A stretch of 64,000 nucleotides of DNA from contig MU004199.1 in assembly GCA_010093605.1 (NCBI GenBank), forward strand, positions 1,375,533-1,439,532, written 5' to 3'. Both the position numbers and the translations under genes were made by a program. Below the pieces are notes generated by a model. The model saw only the letters and a list, made by a program, of their open reading frames with translations, did not search any database and was not told the origin of the DNA. This DNA is from Lophium mytilinum. Taxonomy: Eukaryota. Positions 46,127-59,579 of the stretch are shown piece by piece (positions within the stretch are counted from its first letter, which is position 1; each line of letters starts with the position of its first letter).

Positions 46127-49100
46127 CTCGAGGAGGGGTGGATGTTTTGTGTTTGATAGGGTTTGGTATACTAGGTAACTGTGATTCTGAAGATGGACTC
46201 GGGTGGAAGGCTGAGCGGATCTGGAGAAGCGACTGTGTTTTCCGAAGAATGGGAAAGCGAATGTAGTAAAGAAACGATGGTGAATTAATGTTGTTGCTGA
46301 GTGAGGATGAGGAATGGACTTAGGCACTGGACGGAAGCATGCTTTATATCAGATTAGACGACGACGCATGTCTCGACAGTTCCACAGCTGACGCAGATTA
46401 GTGTCCAGGGCAAGGTTTGTCACATTACGAGCAGCGTCAGTGCGGTTGGCCATGATGGAGGCAAAAGACGAAGAATACGGTGTATCGATAGCGTGGTTAG
46501 CTGATTTGAGACGTCTCCCTGCACAGCCTGCCAGCATTCGCCAGCATACGGCCGGGAGGGGAGAGGCGACATGGGTGCTAAGAATGGAACAAGCGATGAC
46601 GGACGTCTGCTGAGGCCGTATAGGGAGGGCAGGGCGGCGATGAGCCAAGCACGGCCTTGTTCGCGAAGGGAACGTGCCTGAGGGGGACGGTGTGTGGTGG
46701 TGGTGAGGGCTCGGCGAGGGCTGCGAGTGGGTTGAGTGGGTTGAAGCGTGGAGTGACGGATGGCCCGAGGACGAGGCTATTTTTGGAGGCTGAGCGTCTC
46801 GCGATGCCTCTTGCGGTTAGTATCGCGACGTTTTTTGCGTTTTCTCGCCTCATTCGGGATGACACACCAACGAAGCTGTGCCGCCATCACACTTCACGTT
46901 ACCACCAGGCCAGCGAGCCGACCGCCGACTGCCACTCAGACTGCCAGCTGGGCCCTGTCAGAACTGCATCTGCGCGCCGACTGCCACCCAGCTCTGTCTG
47001 TCAGAACTGCATCTGCGATGCGCCGTTGCATCTCGCAGCCGGAGTCGCACACCCTCGCACGGAAAGCTTGAGCCGCAAGCCACGCGTGGCTCACTTGGCA
47101 CCACGCGCCATAAGGAGGCTGACATCTGCCTGCTCTCTTATCCTCGCCATGATCCAGTCTTTTTCTCGTGTTTTATTACTGGCGACAGACGGACGGCCCT
47201 TTGGCGGTCGTTGCATCTGCACTCGCTTCTGTTCTATTTCAGTGTGTCTTCCGCTCCAGGTTTCCTCAGGCCAAGTTTTCTCAGGCCATGCCATCCATGC
47301 TCGCGAGGCATCGATTGGCCCGCAGCCTTCCGAGTCTCGAAGCCTGCCAGTCATGATTATTGAGCGCTCTCCCGAAGTGGCCAATGTCAATATATCAAAT
47401 ACCTCCCCCCCTCTTGAGGAAGCCTTTCCTCGAAGAGGCTCTTCATAAAGGTGCTTCGACGCCTCAAGATCGCGGGTTCCGAGTTTCTCAGCCATCTCGT
47501 CCTTCTCCAGTCATAAGTCTCAACACCATCCCAGTGTTCGATCGCCCCACTGAACGGCTCGTGGCCCACTCCTGCTTACCTGCATCTCGTTAGACACTGT
47601 TGCCCAGGAACGGAAGAAACCCGACGGCGATTGCCATGATCTGTGCACTTGAATAAATTGGACTCTTTTCGCATTGTTAAATGGAGTACTGCCAACGGTC
47701 GTCGCATGTTACGGCCGAGCACGCTTCGATCGCATGACGATATTTATCCCTCGTGTCGGGGCCTTGGGCATCAAAGTTGGTCGATGCGCTGGCACGCTGT
47801 CCGGGAAACGGCCTTGGCAGATCTCTTCATTGAGCAAATGCCAAGCCTACTACTACTCAAGTAGCAGCTCGTCCAAGGAACACTGGTGAAAGAACGTGGA
47901 TACTCGCTAGTTTAGTCGGTGCTGCTGGTATATGAACGGAGACGAATGTGGATATGTAGTGGAGTTCCGGTTGACCCGGCCAGATAGCGACGCAAAACAG
48001 GGAATGGCCAACGAGGGAAGAATTCGTGATTGCGAGCGATGGAAGTGAAAATTCTAGAAATTGAATTGCTCTACATAAAGCCTTCCAAGATCATTCAAGA
48101 GTCTGACATCGCCACCTTTAGCAGACCCTGGACCTGCCCGCGGCGAGATCTACTGGAAAGCCAATTAACACCCCTGCCACCTATTCAAGCCCTCATGGCC
48201 ACGTAGCAAACAATAGATTCACCAGCAGCAATCCAACTATGACTGTTTTTGATCTCAGATCGTCAATAGTGCCCCTACTCGTGCGCCTCAATTCTCGTTC
48301 TGCGAAAAAGAGAGCTCTATCTCCCATACACTTTTTGATCAGGCGCTTCAAACGTATCGTGAACTAATATGCCAACAACTTCTCTCGTAGCTTCTCTTCG
48401 GAAGAGGCTTCCACTTCAGGACAACCCCTATGCCCTAGACGAGAAATTTGCTCACCTTTCCAATCACGTGATGATCACAATTCTCACTGCCTCACGTGCG
48501 TCACACCCCCAGCCTCCTTTCTCGCATGTATGCGTTCCCCTTCCTCTTCCTCTGCTTAGACAAGGATAGCGAGGGAAGTAGGGAGTGAAACAGATTAGTC
48601 GACGGTATCATGGAGTGGAGTGGTGGGGTTGCTGACAGAAAGAGGTGGTGACAATCCTCATTACTTCTGTGTGCTACTGTCTCGCAAAAGTCGAGACTGA
48701 GGAGGGGTACCAGGAGCGGGTCAATGCTAGTATTCGTTGCTTAGTGAAGGTTCTGGGTGAGATTTTGGTAAAAGTTCGCTGTGACGAGGAAGTGGGTACT
48801 ATGAATGGTCGGGCATGCAAAGCGAGAAAGCCGGTGGTTGGGTGAGGAGGCTGCGGCTACCGGCTTTCTAAGGCTGACGAGCGCGAAGAAGCGGGTGCTA
48901 GGGCGGCGGGGTTGTGAATGGAGATCGCGTGAGATATTGGGTTGTGTGTAATCGAATGAGGTGAGAGGGTATATTTGTGAGCCATGTTGATTATAGATCG
49001 AAGGACGGTGATGAGCGAAGGTTTCTAAAAAAGAATGCAAAGAATGATATGGTATTACAGAGAGACGTAGGCGTTCTTGCGCCTAGTCGGTCTATAGTCT

Positions 49101-49130
49101 CTACTCGTCTACCGTTACACTAATCCATCA

Positions 49131-49970
49131 TCACACCTTGTAACCATTGACATCTGTGGCTGTTCCTCCTAAACAACGAAGGGTAGAGAGCATGACGATG
49201 AAGGAAAACTCAATCGTGTCTAGATCTAACAAGTACCTCAGATCCCATTGCAAGTCGGGGTTGGATCCGCAACGGCCGTAACATGGGTTTTCAAGTCCAT
49301 GCCAACCTATTATGGGTGGGGCATTCGAGCACTCGTGGGCGACCTCGAAGCCATCTGGTCCCTTTTCATCAAGGAGGAATATGAGGATATTGAGCTGCTT
49401 GACGAAGAGGGGACTTCCCGGACTGCTATTACTATTGAGTCCCCTGGCCGGACCGTTACTGAAGATTTCTGTAATCAGATCGCGGAATATGTCGTCTATT
49501 GGATGAGGTTTGCCGTCTTCACCGAACGCGAGGCACCTTTCCTTCATCTCTTCCGCAACCGTGGGTACTAGAGCCGACGAGAATCGGCCGCAGCTGCCAG
49601 ATATGCGTACCGTCATAGTAAGGGTATCAATGTGATTGTGGAGGATCGGAATGTATGTCCAAGTCGGCCAGACGAGCCTTTCGTGATCGACTAGGACGTC
49701 GAGCTCGTAGGTGATTGGGATTTTCAGACTTCTGACTCTCTGGCTGACGTCGTAGTGAAGTTGATGGTTGGTCAATAGCAGGCCGCAGTTTCGCTCCCAA
49801 GATTTAGGGTCCTTGGGCCATATCAGACGGCACTCCTGCTCGGCGATGATTTTGCCGGCTTCTTTGAACGTCTGCAGAAATGGAGACGAGATTCGTGGCT
49901 TAAGCCTCGTCGGGATGATTTCTTCAACTATCCGATCGCGGAGTGCTTGGGGCAAGCCGAGTAGAGACAT
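49131..49970 (-). CDS. Hypothetical protein with N-terminal F-box-like motif
   Basis: 279-aa ORF beginning MSLLGLPQALRDRI, with LLLTNHQLHYDV and VWPTW; may continue after a possible donor AAG|GTGTGA near 49136. Confidence 0.6.
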   Translation of the reverse strand: MSLLGLPQALRDRIVEEIIPTRLKPRISSPFLQTFKEAGKIIAEQECRLIWPKDPKSWERNCGLLLTNHQLHYDVSQRVRSLKIPITYELDVLVDHERLVWPTWTYIPILHNHIDTLTMTVRISGSCGRFSSALVPTVAEEMKERCLAFGEDGKPHPIDDIFRDLITEIFSNGPARGLNSNSSPGSPLFVKQLNILIFLLDEKGPDGFEVAHECSNAPPIIGWHGLENPCYGRCGSNPDLQWDLRYLLDLDTIEFSFIVMLSTLRCLGGTATDVNGYKV

Positions 49971-50548
49971 GATGTAGTTGTGAACAGTGGCTTTCGAAGT
50001 GCTTTTCGTTATGGTAGTGATGGTTTGAGAGAAGAAAAACGAGAGGAGGAGAGCGCTTCAAAATTGCAAGAATAGATCTGTGGGGACGAGCCACGGTGGA
50101 GAAGGATCAGAACTTATGGAATGAATCGGCACGAACCAAACTTTCACAACCTCATGTGAAATACTTACGTTGCGCTGACTGAAGGTGGAAAAGAGTTCTC
50201 CCATGTTCGCGGCTTCCCAGATGTAAACACGCCATTGCAGAATGACGCGACATGATACAGCAAGACTGATGCACTGGTGAAGATTGGAGGGTTCGTCCTG
50301 ATGAGGTGTTGCCCTGGTTGTTGTTCCATGGTTATCGCGATCTGGCCGAGATCACGTGCCGGGTTGTTGCTTGGGCAACTGCGCGCGCCGATCGACAAAC
50401 AAGCGACAACCTCAACCTGGACCTCTTGGGAACATCATCTGCCAGGGCACCCACCCACTCCACCCACTTTCATATCTCGCGGCGGGAGTATTTTCTCTTC
50501 TTTTGTTCACTAACACTCTTTCCACGACATCATTAATCTGTCTTCGCT

Positions 50549-51844
50549 ATGGACGTCTCAACCCTCGAAAGCGCCTTCGAGCGCATCACCGTCGCCGACG
50601 AGAATGAAGAGCAGACGACGACTGCCACCTACCACAAGTCAAAGGTAGCTCTCAGCACTCAATTGCCTCCTAAAACCACTCTAACATCCTTCAAGGGCTC
50701 TCTCTCGACCGCAATGTCCCTCGCCGGCCTCGGCTCCACCACCGCCCCAAATAGACTGAAGATCCCACTCCAGAAGCTCCAACAAGGCACCGCCGGCAAG
50801 ACCGTCACTAGCACGACCACAGTTACCAAGATTACGCTCCCCTCGCAAGCCGCACAACGCTCCTCGGACGAATCAACCTCTTTCCGCCGCACCGACTCCA
50901 TCTTCTATAACCAGCCCTCCTCCGGCCGCAAGTATGATCTTAGCATGTTCGACATTGGCCGGCCCCTCGGCAAAGGAAAATTCGGCCGCGTCTATCTGGC
51001 ACAAGAGAAGTCCACGGGCTTCGTGTGTGCCCTGAAGACCCTATACAAAGACGAGATTCAAAAGGGCAAGGTGGAGAAGCAGGTGCGGCGGGAGATCGAG
51101 ATCCAACAGCACCTTGCCCACCAGAACATCCTAAGACTCTACGGATATTTCGACGACGCGAAGCGGATCTTCTTGATCCTGGAGTTTGCGGGGCAGGGCG
51201 AGCTGTACAAGCACCTGCAGCGCGAGGAGCAGTTCCCGGAGTGGAAGGCGAGCCAGTACATCGCGCAGATGGCGGCGGCACTGAAGTACTTGCACAAGAA
51301 ACACGTTATGCATCGCGACATCAAGCCTGAGAATATTCTTGTCGGCATTCATGGCGAGATCAAAATTTCGGATTTCGGGTGGAGCGTGCACGCGCCTAAC
51401 AACCGGCGGCAGACCATGTGCGGGACTCTGGACTACCTGCCACCGGAAATGCTGGGCGGTTCGAAGAACTACAACGAGAAGGTGGATTTGTGGAGCTTGG
51501 GTGTGTTGACGTATGAGTTCTTGGTTGGCCGGGCGCCATTTGAGGATACGGGGATGATGACACAACGGCGGATTTGTAGAGCGGAGTACTCTATTCCTGC
51601 CTTTGTGAGTCCGGAGGCGAAGGACATGATTAAGAAGGTAAGTTATCACTATTGTTTCGTTGGTACTGAGTCCGCGGATGCTAACAGGCCCCAGTTACTT
51701 GTCTTGGATCCCGAGAAGCGCATCACGCTCGACGAGATTCCAAACCACCCCTGGATCAAAAAGCACTGCGTTACTGGCGAGCGCGCATGGAACCGCGCTT
51801 CATCATTCAAACCGAGGAGCAGTGATGACAGGACAGAGATCTGA
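50549..51844 (+). CDS. ark1: Aurora kinase (Ipl1/Ark1 orthologue)
   Basis: [62 protein letters not shown]; introns 50645-50695 and 51638-51694. Confidence 0.95.
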   Translation: MDVSTLESAFERITVADENEEQTTTATYHKSKVALSTQLPPKTTLTSFKGSLSTAMSLAGLGSTTAPNRLKIPLQKLQQGTAGKTVTSTTTVTKITLPSQAAQRSSDESTSFRRTDSIFYNQPSSGRKYDLSMFDIGRPLGKGKFGRVYLAQEKSTGFVCALKTLYKDEIQKGKVEKQVRREIEIQQHLAHQNILRLYGYFDDAKRIFLILEFAGQGELYKHLQREEQFPEWKASQYIAQMAAALKYLHKKHVMHRDIKPENILVGIHGEIKISDFGWSVHAPNNRRQTMCGTLDYLPPEMLGGSKNYNEKVDLWSLGVLTYEFLVGRAPFEDTGMMTQRRICRAEYSIPAFVSPEAKDMIKKVSYHYCFVGTESADANRPQLLVLDPEKRITLDEIPNHPWIKKHCVTGERAWNRASSFKPRSSDDRTEI

Positions 51845-52538
51845 GGCGGGTGTTCATCGCGCTCTTTGACTCGGCGTGAAAATCTATATTTTGCTTTACG
51901 TGGCGTAATGGTGGGGATTGGTTGGAGCACATGTTGCATGACTTGGAGTTTGAACCGGAATTGTACGCTTTTCGGAAATGCCAATGGCAGGCTACGATAC
52001 ACTAAAGAAATCATAATATCTACTGACCGCTCATGATGATTTCGTTGCTGAGAAGCCGGTTGATCAATATGTCGACGAACGAGAGCTGGTTGAAAAACAA
52101 GCCGAGCCTGGCCTAATTTCCGAATTTCCTGGATTCGCGTTTTATGAGCGGGAACCAGTCCGTTATTGAAAGGATGTTTCACACTAAGTTAGCTGGGCCC
52201 TGTATTGGGGTCAGCAATCTCCAAGCACACACATAAGATTGATCATAACCCATCGTTCGACTAATCGTAAGGAAAGCTAGACTCCCACGTCTTCTGTAAG
52301 ATTATTACAGCATTGTGAACCCCCTGAGCTATCCTAGCTGTACGCCATATCTCGCTGTGGTCCCGCAGTCATAAAATGAAAATGAAATAAAGGAAACGCC
52401 TAGTCTTCCTCTAGAGAAAGCTCGTGATGGCTTCATAGTGAGAAGAAACCCCATCCAACCCGCTTGCAAGTGTGAAAGCATCCTCCACAGTCCTTAGTTG
52501 AGCCCGCTAGATGCAATGTCGACATAATTGAAGGGTGG

Positions 52539-53522
52539 TTAAAAGGGCTGGTCAGCAGCGAAGCTCTCCGTCATAGCCTCGAACTGCAAACGCATCTTAC
52601 CCAGCGCCGTCTCTTCGCCTGGCTCCTCGCCTTCCTTCAGAGGGTAGTGGTCGAGGACCTGCACATCGACGCGGCCAAGGAGGGAGTAGAACTCCTCGAT
52701 GACGCTCTCGCGCAGCATGAAGCTTTCGTTGTCCTGGGCGCTGTCGTACCAAAGGATAACCAGTTCCTTCAGGGCGGGGGTCCGCTCCAAGACCTTCGCA
52801 ACGAGATGCGCGCGCTCATGTAAGAAAGCGAGGAGGATTGGTTGGTGGTCCGGCGAGGCAGCGAGCCATTGAGAGTCCCAGACGAAGGTGAGCTCCACCT
52901 TGCGGAAGGATTCTGCGGGGGAGAAGGCGGTGTCGGCGAGGATGTTCATGAGCTCTTCGAAGTAGGCCATGTGACTGAAGCTGGCGGTGCAGTTGATGCG
53001 GAGGACGACGGTGTTGTAGTAGAAGTCCGTAGCCTCATCTTGGATTTGTTGGCAGGATTGAAGCATGGAGACCGTGGGAGGGCACGCAGTCAGCGAGATG
53101 ATTTCGGGGACGTGGCGCCACTTGCGCGAGATCTTGGGTTGGGCTGGAGCTGTCGTGGTAGTTGTAGTTGTAGTGGTAGCATTGGCTGTAGTGGTGCCGT
53201 CTCCATTCCCATCCCCATCAGCGCCGTCGCCCTCCTGGGCCTCGTCCATTTCATCGTCGTCATCTTCTTCCTCTTCGTCCTCGTCTTCCTCTCCATCCTC
53301 TTCGTCCTCTTCATCCTCATTGTCCCCGCCTTCGTCTTCGTCCAGCAAATCGCCGCCAGCAGGCAAAGGCTGGCCAGCATCGGCAAGCTCCTTCAGCTCG
53401 CGCCTGCCAAACCAGTCTCGCAGCAGGTTCTTGGGGCCGTCCTCGCGCGCGCAGACATGGCCGTAGATCTCGTGGCGCACCTCGAGTGGGATGCTCAGCA
53501 GGGTTAACTCGGAGGTAGCCAT
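52539..53522 (-). CDS. Hypothetical protein with F-box-like N-terminus and long acidic/poly-Thr tract
   Basis: 327-aa intronless ORF, LLSIPLEVRHEIY, D/E tract, CQQIQDEA...YY; coding-like codon usage. Confidence 0.75.
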   Translation of the reverse strand: MATSELTLLSIPLEVRHEIYGHVCAREDGPKNLLRDWFGRRELKELADAGQPLPAGGDLLDEDEGGDNEDEEDEEDGEEDEDEEEEDDDDEMDEAQEGDGADGDGNGDGTTTANATTTTTTTTTAPAQPKISRKWRHVPEIISLTACPPTVSMLQSCQQIQDEATDFYYNTVVLRINCTASFSHMAYFEELMNILADTAFSPAESFRKVELTFVWDSQWLAASPDHQPILLAFLHERAHLVAKVLERTPALKELVILWYDSAQDNESFMLRESVIEEFYSLLGRVDVQVLDHYPLKEGEEPGEETALGKMRLQFEAMTESFAADQPF

Positions 53523-54561
53523 TGTGATAGTGGGGTAGCTTGGAGCTAGGTGTAGGGGCGTGATGCTGGTGTAGGTAGTTCTAGCTGTTGAAGTTGATGG
53601 TTGTTGGAGGTTGGCGGGGTCTGAGGCTGGCAGCTGAGGGCAGGCGCAGAAGTTCGGTCAAGTGAGGTGCTGGCTCGGCGTTCACAGTCGCTCTCACGTC
53701 GTCCCCCAAGTCAAGGCAGTCTGTTGCCTGGAAACAGCCTTATCGAATCGCGCAGTGCGGGCATGTGATTCGAACATGGCCTGCACCAATTCTGAACGCA
53801 AGAATGCTCGAAGGCGACAGGGAATGTTGCCATGACTGTAATTGGACTGTGGTTTGACGGGGCCTTTCGTTTGGTGGTTGACCAGATGAATGTGGTTGGT
53901 GACGATGCTTCCCCAGTTCTAGGCCAATCGCGGGGGGGGCACGTGACTATCGCACTACGATCAACTGTTCTATTTTAATAACCAGGTCTTACACGTGTAT
54001 GATAATTGGAAACAAACTCACGTTTATATGGATCCCGACTGGGTCACAACGCAGTGACTCCGAATGACTCGATCTGCAATGAATGTCGATTCACTATGGC
54101 AACTCCTGAGTGATCAATGTACCGCGAGCTACGACGACAGAAAAAGTCGAGTGGACATTGGCAATTTATTCCCCTATCATTGAAAACCATCCACATTTAT
54201 CCCTTGTTCCAAAACCCCGTTTGACTATCTGTCCAAGATTGGCCAACCTAGCCTGGCGCCTATCCGATATTCAGGAACCAAATCGATGGAGTGCATCCGC
54301 ACCGCGAACGCCTTAGCCCTTACTAGATAAACCAAAACTGCCATCATAGACTCATTAGAATGAAACGCCTTTCCCAAGATCGAATTCCGTAGCTCCGTGA
54401 TCCTAGGAGCTCTCATTACTAAATCTGACCTCGCCGCCACTCTCAATCAGTACCCCTTTTCAGCCTTGGAAGCTTACCTAAACCGGTTCACCGGATCAAA
54501 GGCAGGAAACCATTTTCCCAAGCTCTCCCTTAGCTTCTATACCCTCTCTTCTTTTAGACCC

Positions 54562-55087
54562 CTAGCTCATACTTTTCTTCAACCCCTCCAGCCGTTCCAG
54601 TACGTCCTCAACCCGCCACACCAGCACCGCCAACTGCGCACCCACCTCCACTCTTCCCATCCTCTCAAACTCCATCTTCTTCATCCTCACTCTTTCTAGC
54701 TCACGCGTAGGGACCGGGCCAAGCTTCTTGGTAAGATATTCCATGATCCGAGCGCCGGAAGTGGACGTGGAAGTGGTCCGAAGAGCTTCGATCTTGGCAA
54801 GGGCAAACTCCCAGTCGGAAATAGTAGTGGTGAGATTGGAGATACCCACGAGGCGGTCGATGTAGGTGTCTGGATCTGTGGGGTGGGTAGTGTTGCGGGA
54901 GAGGTGAGCTTGGGCACGGTTCTTTATTGACTTATTTGCGGCGGTGATGGTGTAATAGTTTGTAGACTTGTTTTCGTGCGATTGCGCAAGGGAGAGCTGT
55001 TGAGGTTGAAGTTGAGATGGAGAAGTTGCATCCGCCTTTGGGTTTGACCATGTCGGCCAGAATACAGCGACGGGATAGAGAGATGGC
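54562..55087 (-). CDS. Small hypothetical protein
   Basis: ORF of about 175 aa from MPSLYPVAVFWPTW with a helical-looking C-terminus; no recognisable domain; start coordinate approximate. Confidence 0.4.
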
Positions 55088-56685
55088 ATTTTGGGTGGCG
55101 TCCGGTTCAATTGCCTTTATGTGGTGATGGTCCGATGGTAGCAGTACTAGTGGAGGTGAGAGAGTGGGAGGTGGGGGCGTCCGCTGGAGAGTTGTATGAA
55201 GCGTCGTAATAAGGTGAATCTGGCACGTGTTTGAGGTCATATGGTCTAATGATGGCGTAATCTTGTGAGAGGTACCATGCTGGTCTTCGAATGCAGAGCC
55301 GCCATTATTGTAGTTTATGAGTCGTTACCTGTTGGTTCTTGTGATTTTCGTAGTTCATGGCTCAGAAGTCGTGGAATGAAAGCTGAAAGTGATGTAATTG
55401 GACCAGCGCTCGAGATGTTGCATCCGACTCAAGACTAGTCAAAATTTTACGTACAGTATTCACTTAGTTCTAATTTCGTCTCTTTCGCAAGGCACCTACT
55501 GCTGAGGCTTAGGTTAGGACCTTTCGTCTATAGGCACTACGGCGAGGGCTTCGGCTTTCTCTTTGCGGCGTTTCATGAGCCAAGGGTCCATTTTATTTGA
55601 CATGTGAACGATGATAGCCATCTTTTGTTCTGCCACAAATCTACTATGTGTGTCCTCCTCGACCATCTTGCCAAGCTACGGCTAGTAGTCTCTGCCATCC
55701 GGAGGTGGAGTGACTTCTGGTCTCTACCTCAGACAAATTGAGGTACAAGACGAGCCAATCGAGATTGTTGAGCGAAATTTTAGTATGATGCGCCCTGATC
55801 TGTCTCATTCGGTGTATGATCCTCTTCAGATAGGACTCAGATCTAAAACTGTGCTCTCCAGTCGTACCAAGATAAGCTCGCAGCTCGGGGATCAAAGTAT
55901 CTGCTAAGGAAGAGAGATCGAGAGGCTCGTCTACGTTGGTCTTGATCGTGATTTGCGGGTAGATCCAATGGGGTGAAAAGTGATACTGGTGAATTTATGG
56001 TACTTTGACTGCTAGAGTGGCTTGCTTCGACACGCTGCAAGCAGCTTAAACGGCCCACAAGCGCATGGGTTTGAAGGGTTTTTTTGACATCTCGTTTGAT
56101 GGGAGATTCGCAAATAACGGCGCGACTATTTTTCTTTCGATAGAGATGCGGGAGACCGTAAAGTTCTTCTTACCGGAATGACCAGCTACGTTAGTGAAGG
56201 AATCGATCCCAAAGAAAGCGCCAGGCAAACGTCACAGATACCATCATTCGGCAACACAGGTTGAGTATCGGGAAAAGGAAAGTATACTATCAGATAATGT
56301 GTATCTGACCCAGGCTTGACCGTCGCTAACAAAAGCCACGACTTCTGAGGTTCTGGTCGGAGGGCGGTAGAAGGCTGCAGGTGGGCTGATGCAGAGGTCT
56401 TCATCCAATTATCTCTCCAAACTACAGGCAAGCTTTAAGATTGGACAGAGATGGTGGTCAGGTTTTAAAGATGGGACTGTTGATGGCGGGGATGTATGAG
56501 GTGTCGTCTCGGGCAGATCTGGGGTGTGCCTGGATAAGATGACGCTATCGCCGGCTACCTATCACCAAGCCAACTCAACCCCAAGCTTCACCTGCAGCTC
56601 CACCCACCACGACAGCTCCATCCATCACCCCAACTATACAACCCATTCTCACTCCTCTCGTATCCTTCCTTAAGCTTCCTACACG

Positions 56686-57896
56686 ATGAAGTCTCCTTTG
56701 ATCCTATCGCTATATGCTACAGCAATCACAACCGCTCTTGCTGCGCCACGAATAGAACAAGCAGTGCTTCAACAGCCAGAGCAAGAGCAGTTCCTCATCG
56801 AGCTAGCTCCAGGACAGAGACACTATGTTACTGAACATGAGAAATGGGAGCTTCGCAAGGTCAGCAGCGCAAAAACTGGACAAGGCAGCTGGAAACTTTC
56901 ACTGACACTCCGTAGCAAGGCATCAACTTCTTCGACATAACCGACAATGAAGACCTGGGCCTCATAAACCATAAGGTCGGCATCCAGGCCGTCACCTTTC
57001 CCTCCAAGACGTCGCACAACAAGACCATCGCGCCTATGCTCAAGAAGCTGGAAAAGAAGAACATGCGAAAGCACCTCGAGAAGTTCACATCATTCCACAC
57101 TCGATACTTCAAGTCGGACTACGGGAAGCAGTCATCTGCGTGGCTACTGGGACAAGTCAACGATACTCTGTCAGAGGCGGGAGCGTTGGAGAAAGGAGCG
57201 TTCGTCAAGCCATTCGAGCATCCTTGGGGCCAGAGTAGCATCATTGCCACCATACCCGGCAAGAGTGACAAGACAGTTGTCATCGGCGCACATCAGGACA
57301 GCATCAACCTATGGCTGCCCGCTTTCCTGGCTGCCCCTGGCGCTGATGACGATGGTAGCGGAACGGTCACTATTCTGGAGGCTCTGCGTGTTCTGCTTAC
57401 GTCGAAGGACATCATCGCGGGCAAGGGCGAGAACACGCTCGAGTTCCACTGGTACTCTGCTGAAGAAGGCGGTCTTCTGGGCTCGCAAGCGATATTCCAG
57501 TCATACGAGAAGGAAGGACGGAAGGTCAAAGCCATGCTCCAACAGGACATGACTGGCTACGTTCACAAGACGATCGAAGCAGGGGAGCCTGAAAGCGTCG
57601 GAGTCATCACAGATTTTGTGGATCCGGGTCTGACCGAGTTCATTAAGGAGGTCATCACCGACTACTGCGAGATCCCATACATCCTCACGAAGTGTGGATA
57701 CGCTTGCTCCGACCACGCCAGCGCTTCCAAGGCCGGTTATCCGTCTGCCTTTGTCATCGAGAGCGACTTCAAGTATTCCGATGACAAGATCCACACGACG
57801 GAGGACAAGATCGAGTACCTCAGCTTCGATCACATGCTGCAGCACGCCAGGCTGACGCTGGCTTTGGCGTACGAGTTGGTGTTTGCGAAGCTGTAG
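56686..57896 (+). CDS. lap1: Secreted leucine aminopeptidase, peptidase family M28
   Basis: Signal/propeptide, [46 protein letters not shown]; intron 56860-56915. Confidence 0.93.
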
Positions 57897-58447
57897 ATAT
57901 TGACAGGCAAGAGCATATATCAAAGACGCATAGCTTGGAACATGGTGGAGCGGGAGTCTTGGGGTATTCCTATCTTCGTAGTAAATGCAATACTATCTTC
58001 ATTTTGATATTCTCACAGATCTTGCGTGACTGGAATCTAAGATGTTCGATGCAGCTGACGTTATACAAACTTGACGGGTCTGACACCGCAAGCAGTACGT
58101 GTTTCAGAGCTCAGAGAACAATACGAGCCCATTCATACCACGTTTGCAGCATGACAGTAACCTACGCGTACATGACTGTCCAGTGACAACAGATTGGTTC
58201 TCCACATGTCTCGCTTATGCACGGAATGACTCCATGACTTTGGTCCGGGCCGCCCTATCGCAGCTATCTGAGCCGCACCCCCGAACCTCCTCCGCCTCAG
58301 CTCTCCGTGCTCCTTCACTTCCGCATCTCTCGCCAGGGGCCTGCTATTGAAGGGCACTTCTTCATCTTCTTGCATTTGCATTTGCTTTCTCTTCTCTATT
58401 CTGTCGTTCAACTTCATCTCCAGTTAGAAAGACCTACGTCATCCATC

Positions 58448-59579
58448 ATGGCGATCCATCCTACAGCTCCCGCGCCCCAGAGCCAGGCTCCAGCTGCAGC
58501 TGCAGCTCCCATCGACATTGAAGCCTGGACCGAGCAGGCGACGGCTGCGCTAAGCTCTGTCACCATCTCTGTGGCTCCCTCCGTTCCAAGCACGGGTGTC
58601 ACTCTCCAGATCCCCCTGGATGACCACCCTGTATCCCGCGATGCTTCCGCTGCGCAAGCTGTTCGCGCTGGCTACGTCAAGCGGCGCGAGCCAATACGTC
58701 GGGATAGCATGAAAAGCCGCGAAGCGCTGCTGAAGGGCAAGGAGGGCAGCCGGCGGCGTCAGCGATGGGAGAATGGTGCGTATTAGTCTCGGTCTTGCCT
58801 GCGCATCAAAAGCGAGGCATTGCGGTCCTTCGAAGATCCATCATTGACGCGTTTAGATCGTCTCCTCTCCAACCCGCACGCGCAACCCCCTCAGCCGCAT
58901 GACTGGGAGATCCGCCCCACGTACCCCGTCCGTAACGTTCCCTACTACCTCGCGCCACTCTGGGACACAACCTTCGCGGCCGCCTCCTCCACGCGCAAAG
59001 CTAAAGCTTCCGCTGCGAAGCAGACCCCAAAAGGCGCTGATAACGCGGGCAAAGTTCCCAAGGAGCTGCGCGAGAAGCTGAAGCGCGCGCGTGGCGCAAA
59101 GAGCTTGCTGGAGAACCTGGAGACCGAGGTTCGTCGGTTTGTCGCAGGGTGGGAAGATAGCGAGAAGATGCGTCTGGAGCGTGAGGCGGAGGAGGGGATT
59201 CCGCTCGAGCCGGACTCCGAAGACGAGGAGATCGTGTTCGTGGGCCGCAATGGGATGATGAATGACATGCGCAGCCCAAGGACTAGCGGGGAATTCGAAC
59301 GGCGCGAAATGCTGCTGTTCGAAAGTCCTGCTGATGACCACGGGGCCAGCTTTGGGTGAGTTGTGTTCGGGGCGTAGATGATGAGCTGTCGCTAATAAGA
59401 ATAGACGCTTCCTCGTCCATCATATCGGCTCCTACTACGGCCTCCGCACCTGGTCTGTCACCACTGGCAATCCTGCTCGCCGCGAAGCATACATTGGCCT
59501 CAAAGACGCGAAGCTTAAATCTGGCCGGAAGCTCTTGACCCACTCTACCTTACCACGGCCATTGTACGGCCTGGTTTGA
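58448..59579 (+). CDS. R3H-associated N-terminal domain protein
   Basis: RRDSMKSREALLKGKEGSRRRQRWENDRLL, C-terminal FGRFLVHHIGSYYGLRTWS; introns 58776-58856 and 59357-59405. Confidence 0.8.

Noticed and set aside
46657..47448. 263-aa ORF
   Set aside because: Non-ATG start, no domain, overlaps the presumed promoter of the cell-surface gene.
5547..53950. Recurrent TCACGTG (bHLH/E-box) motifs
   Set aside because: About ten seen, close to the roughly eight expected by chance for a 7-mer on both strands of 64 kb.
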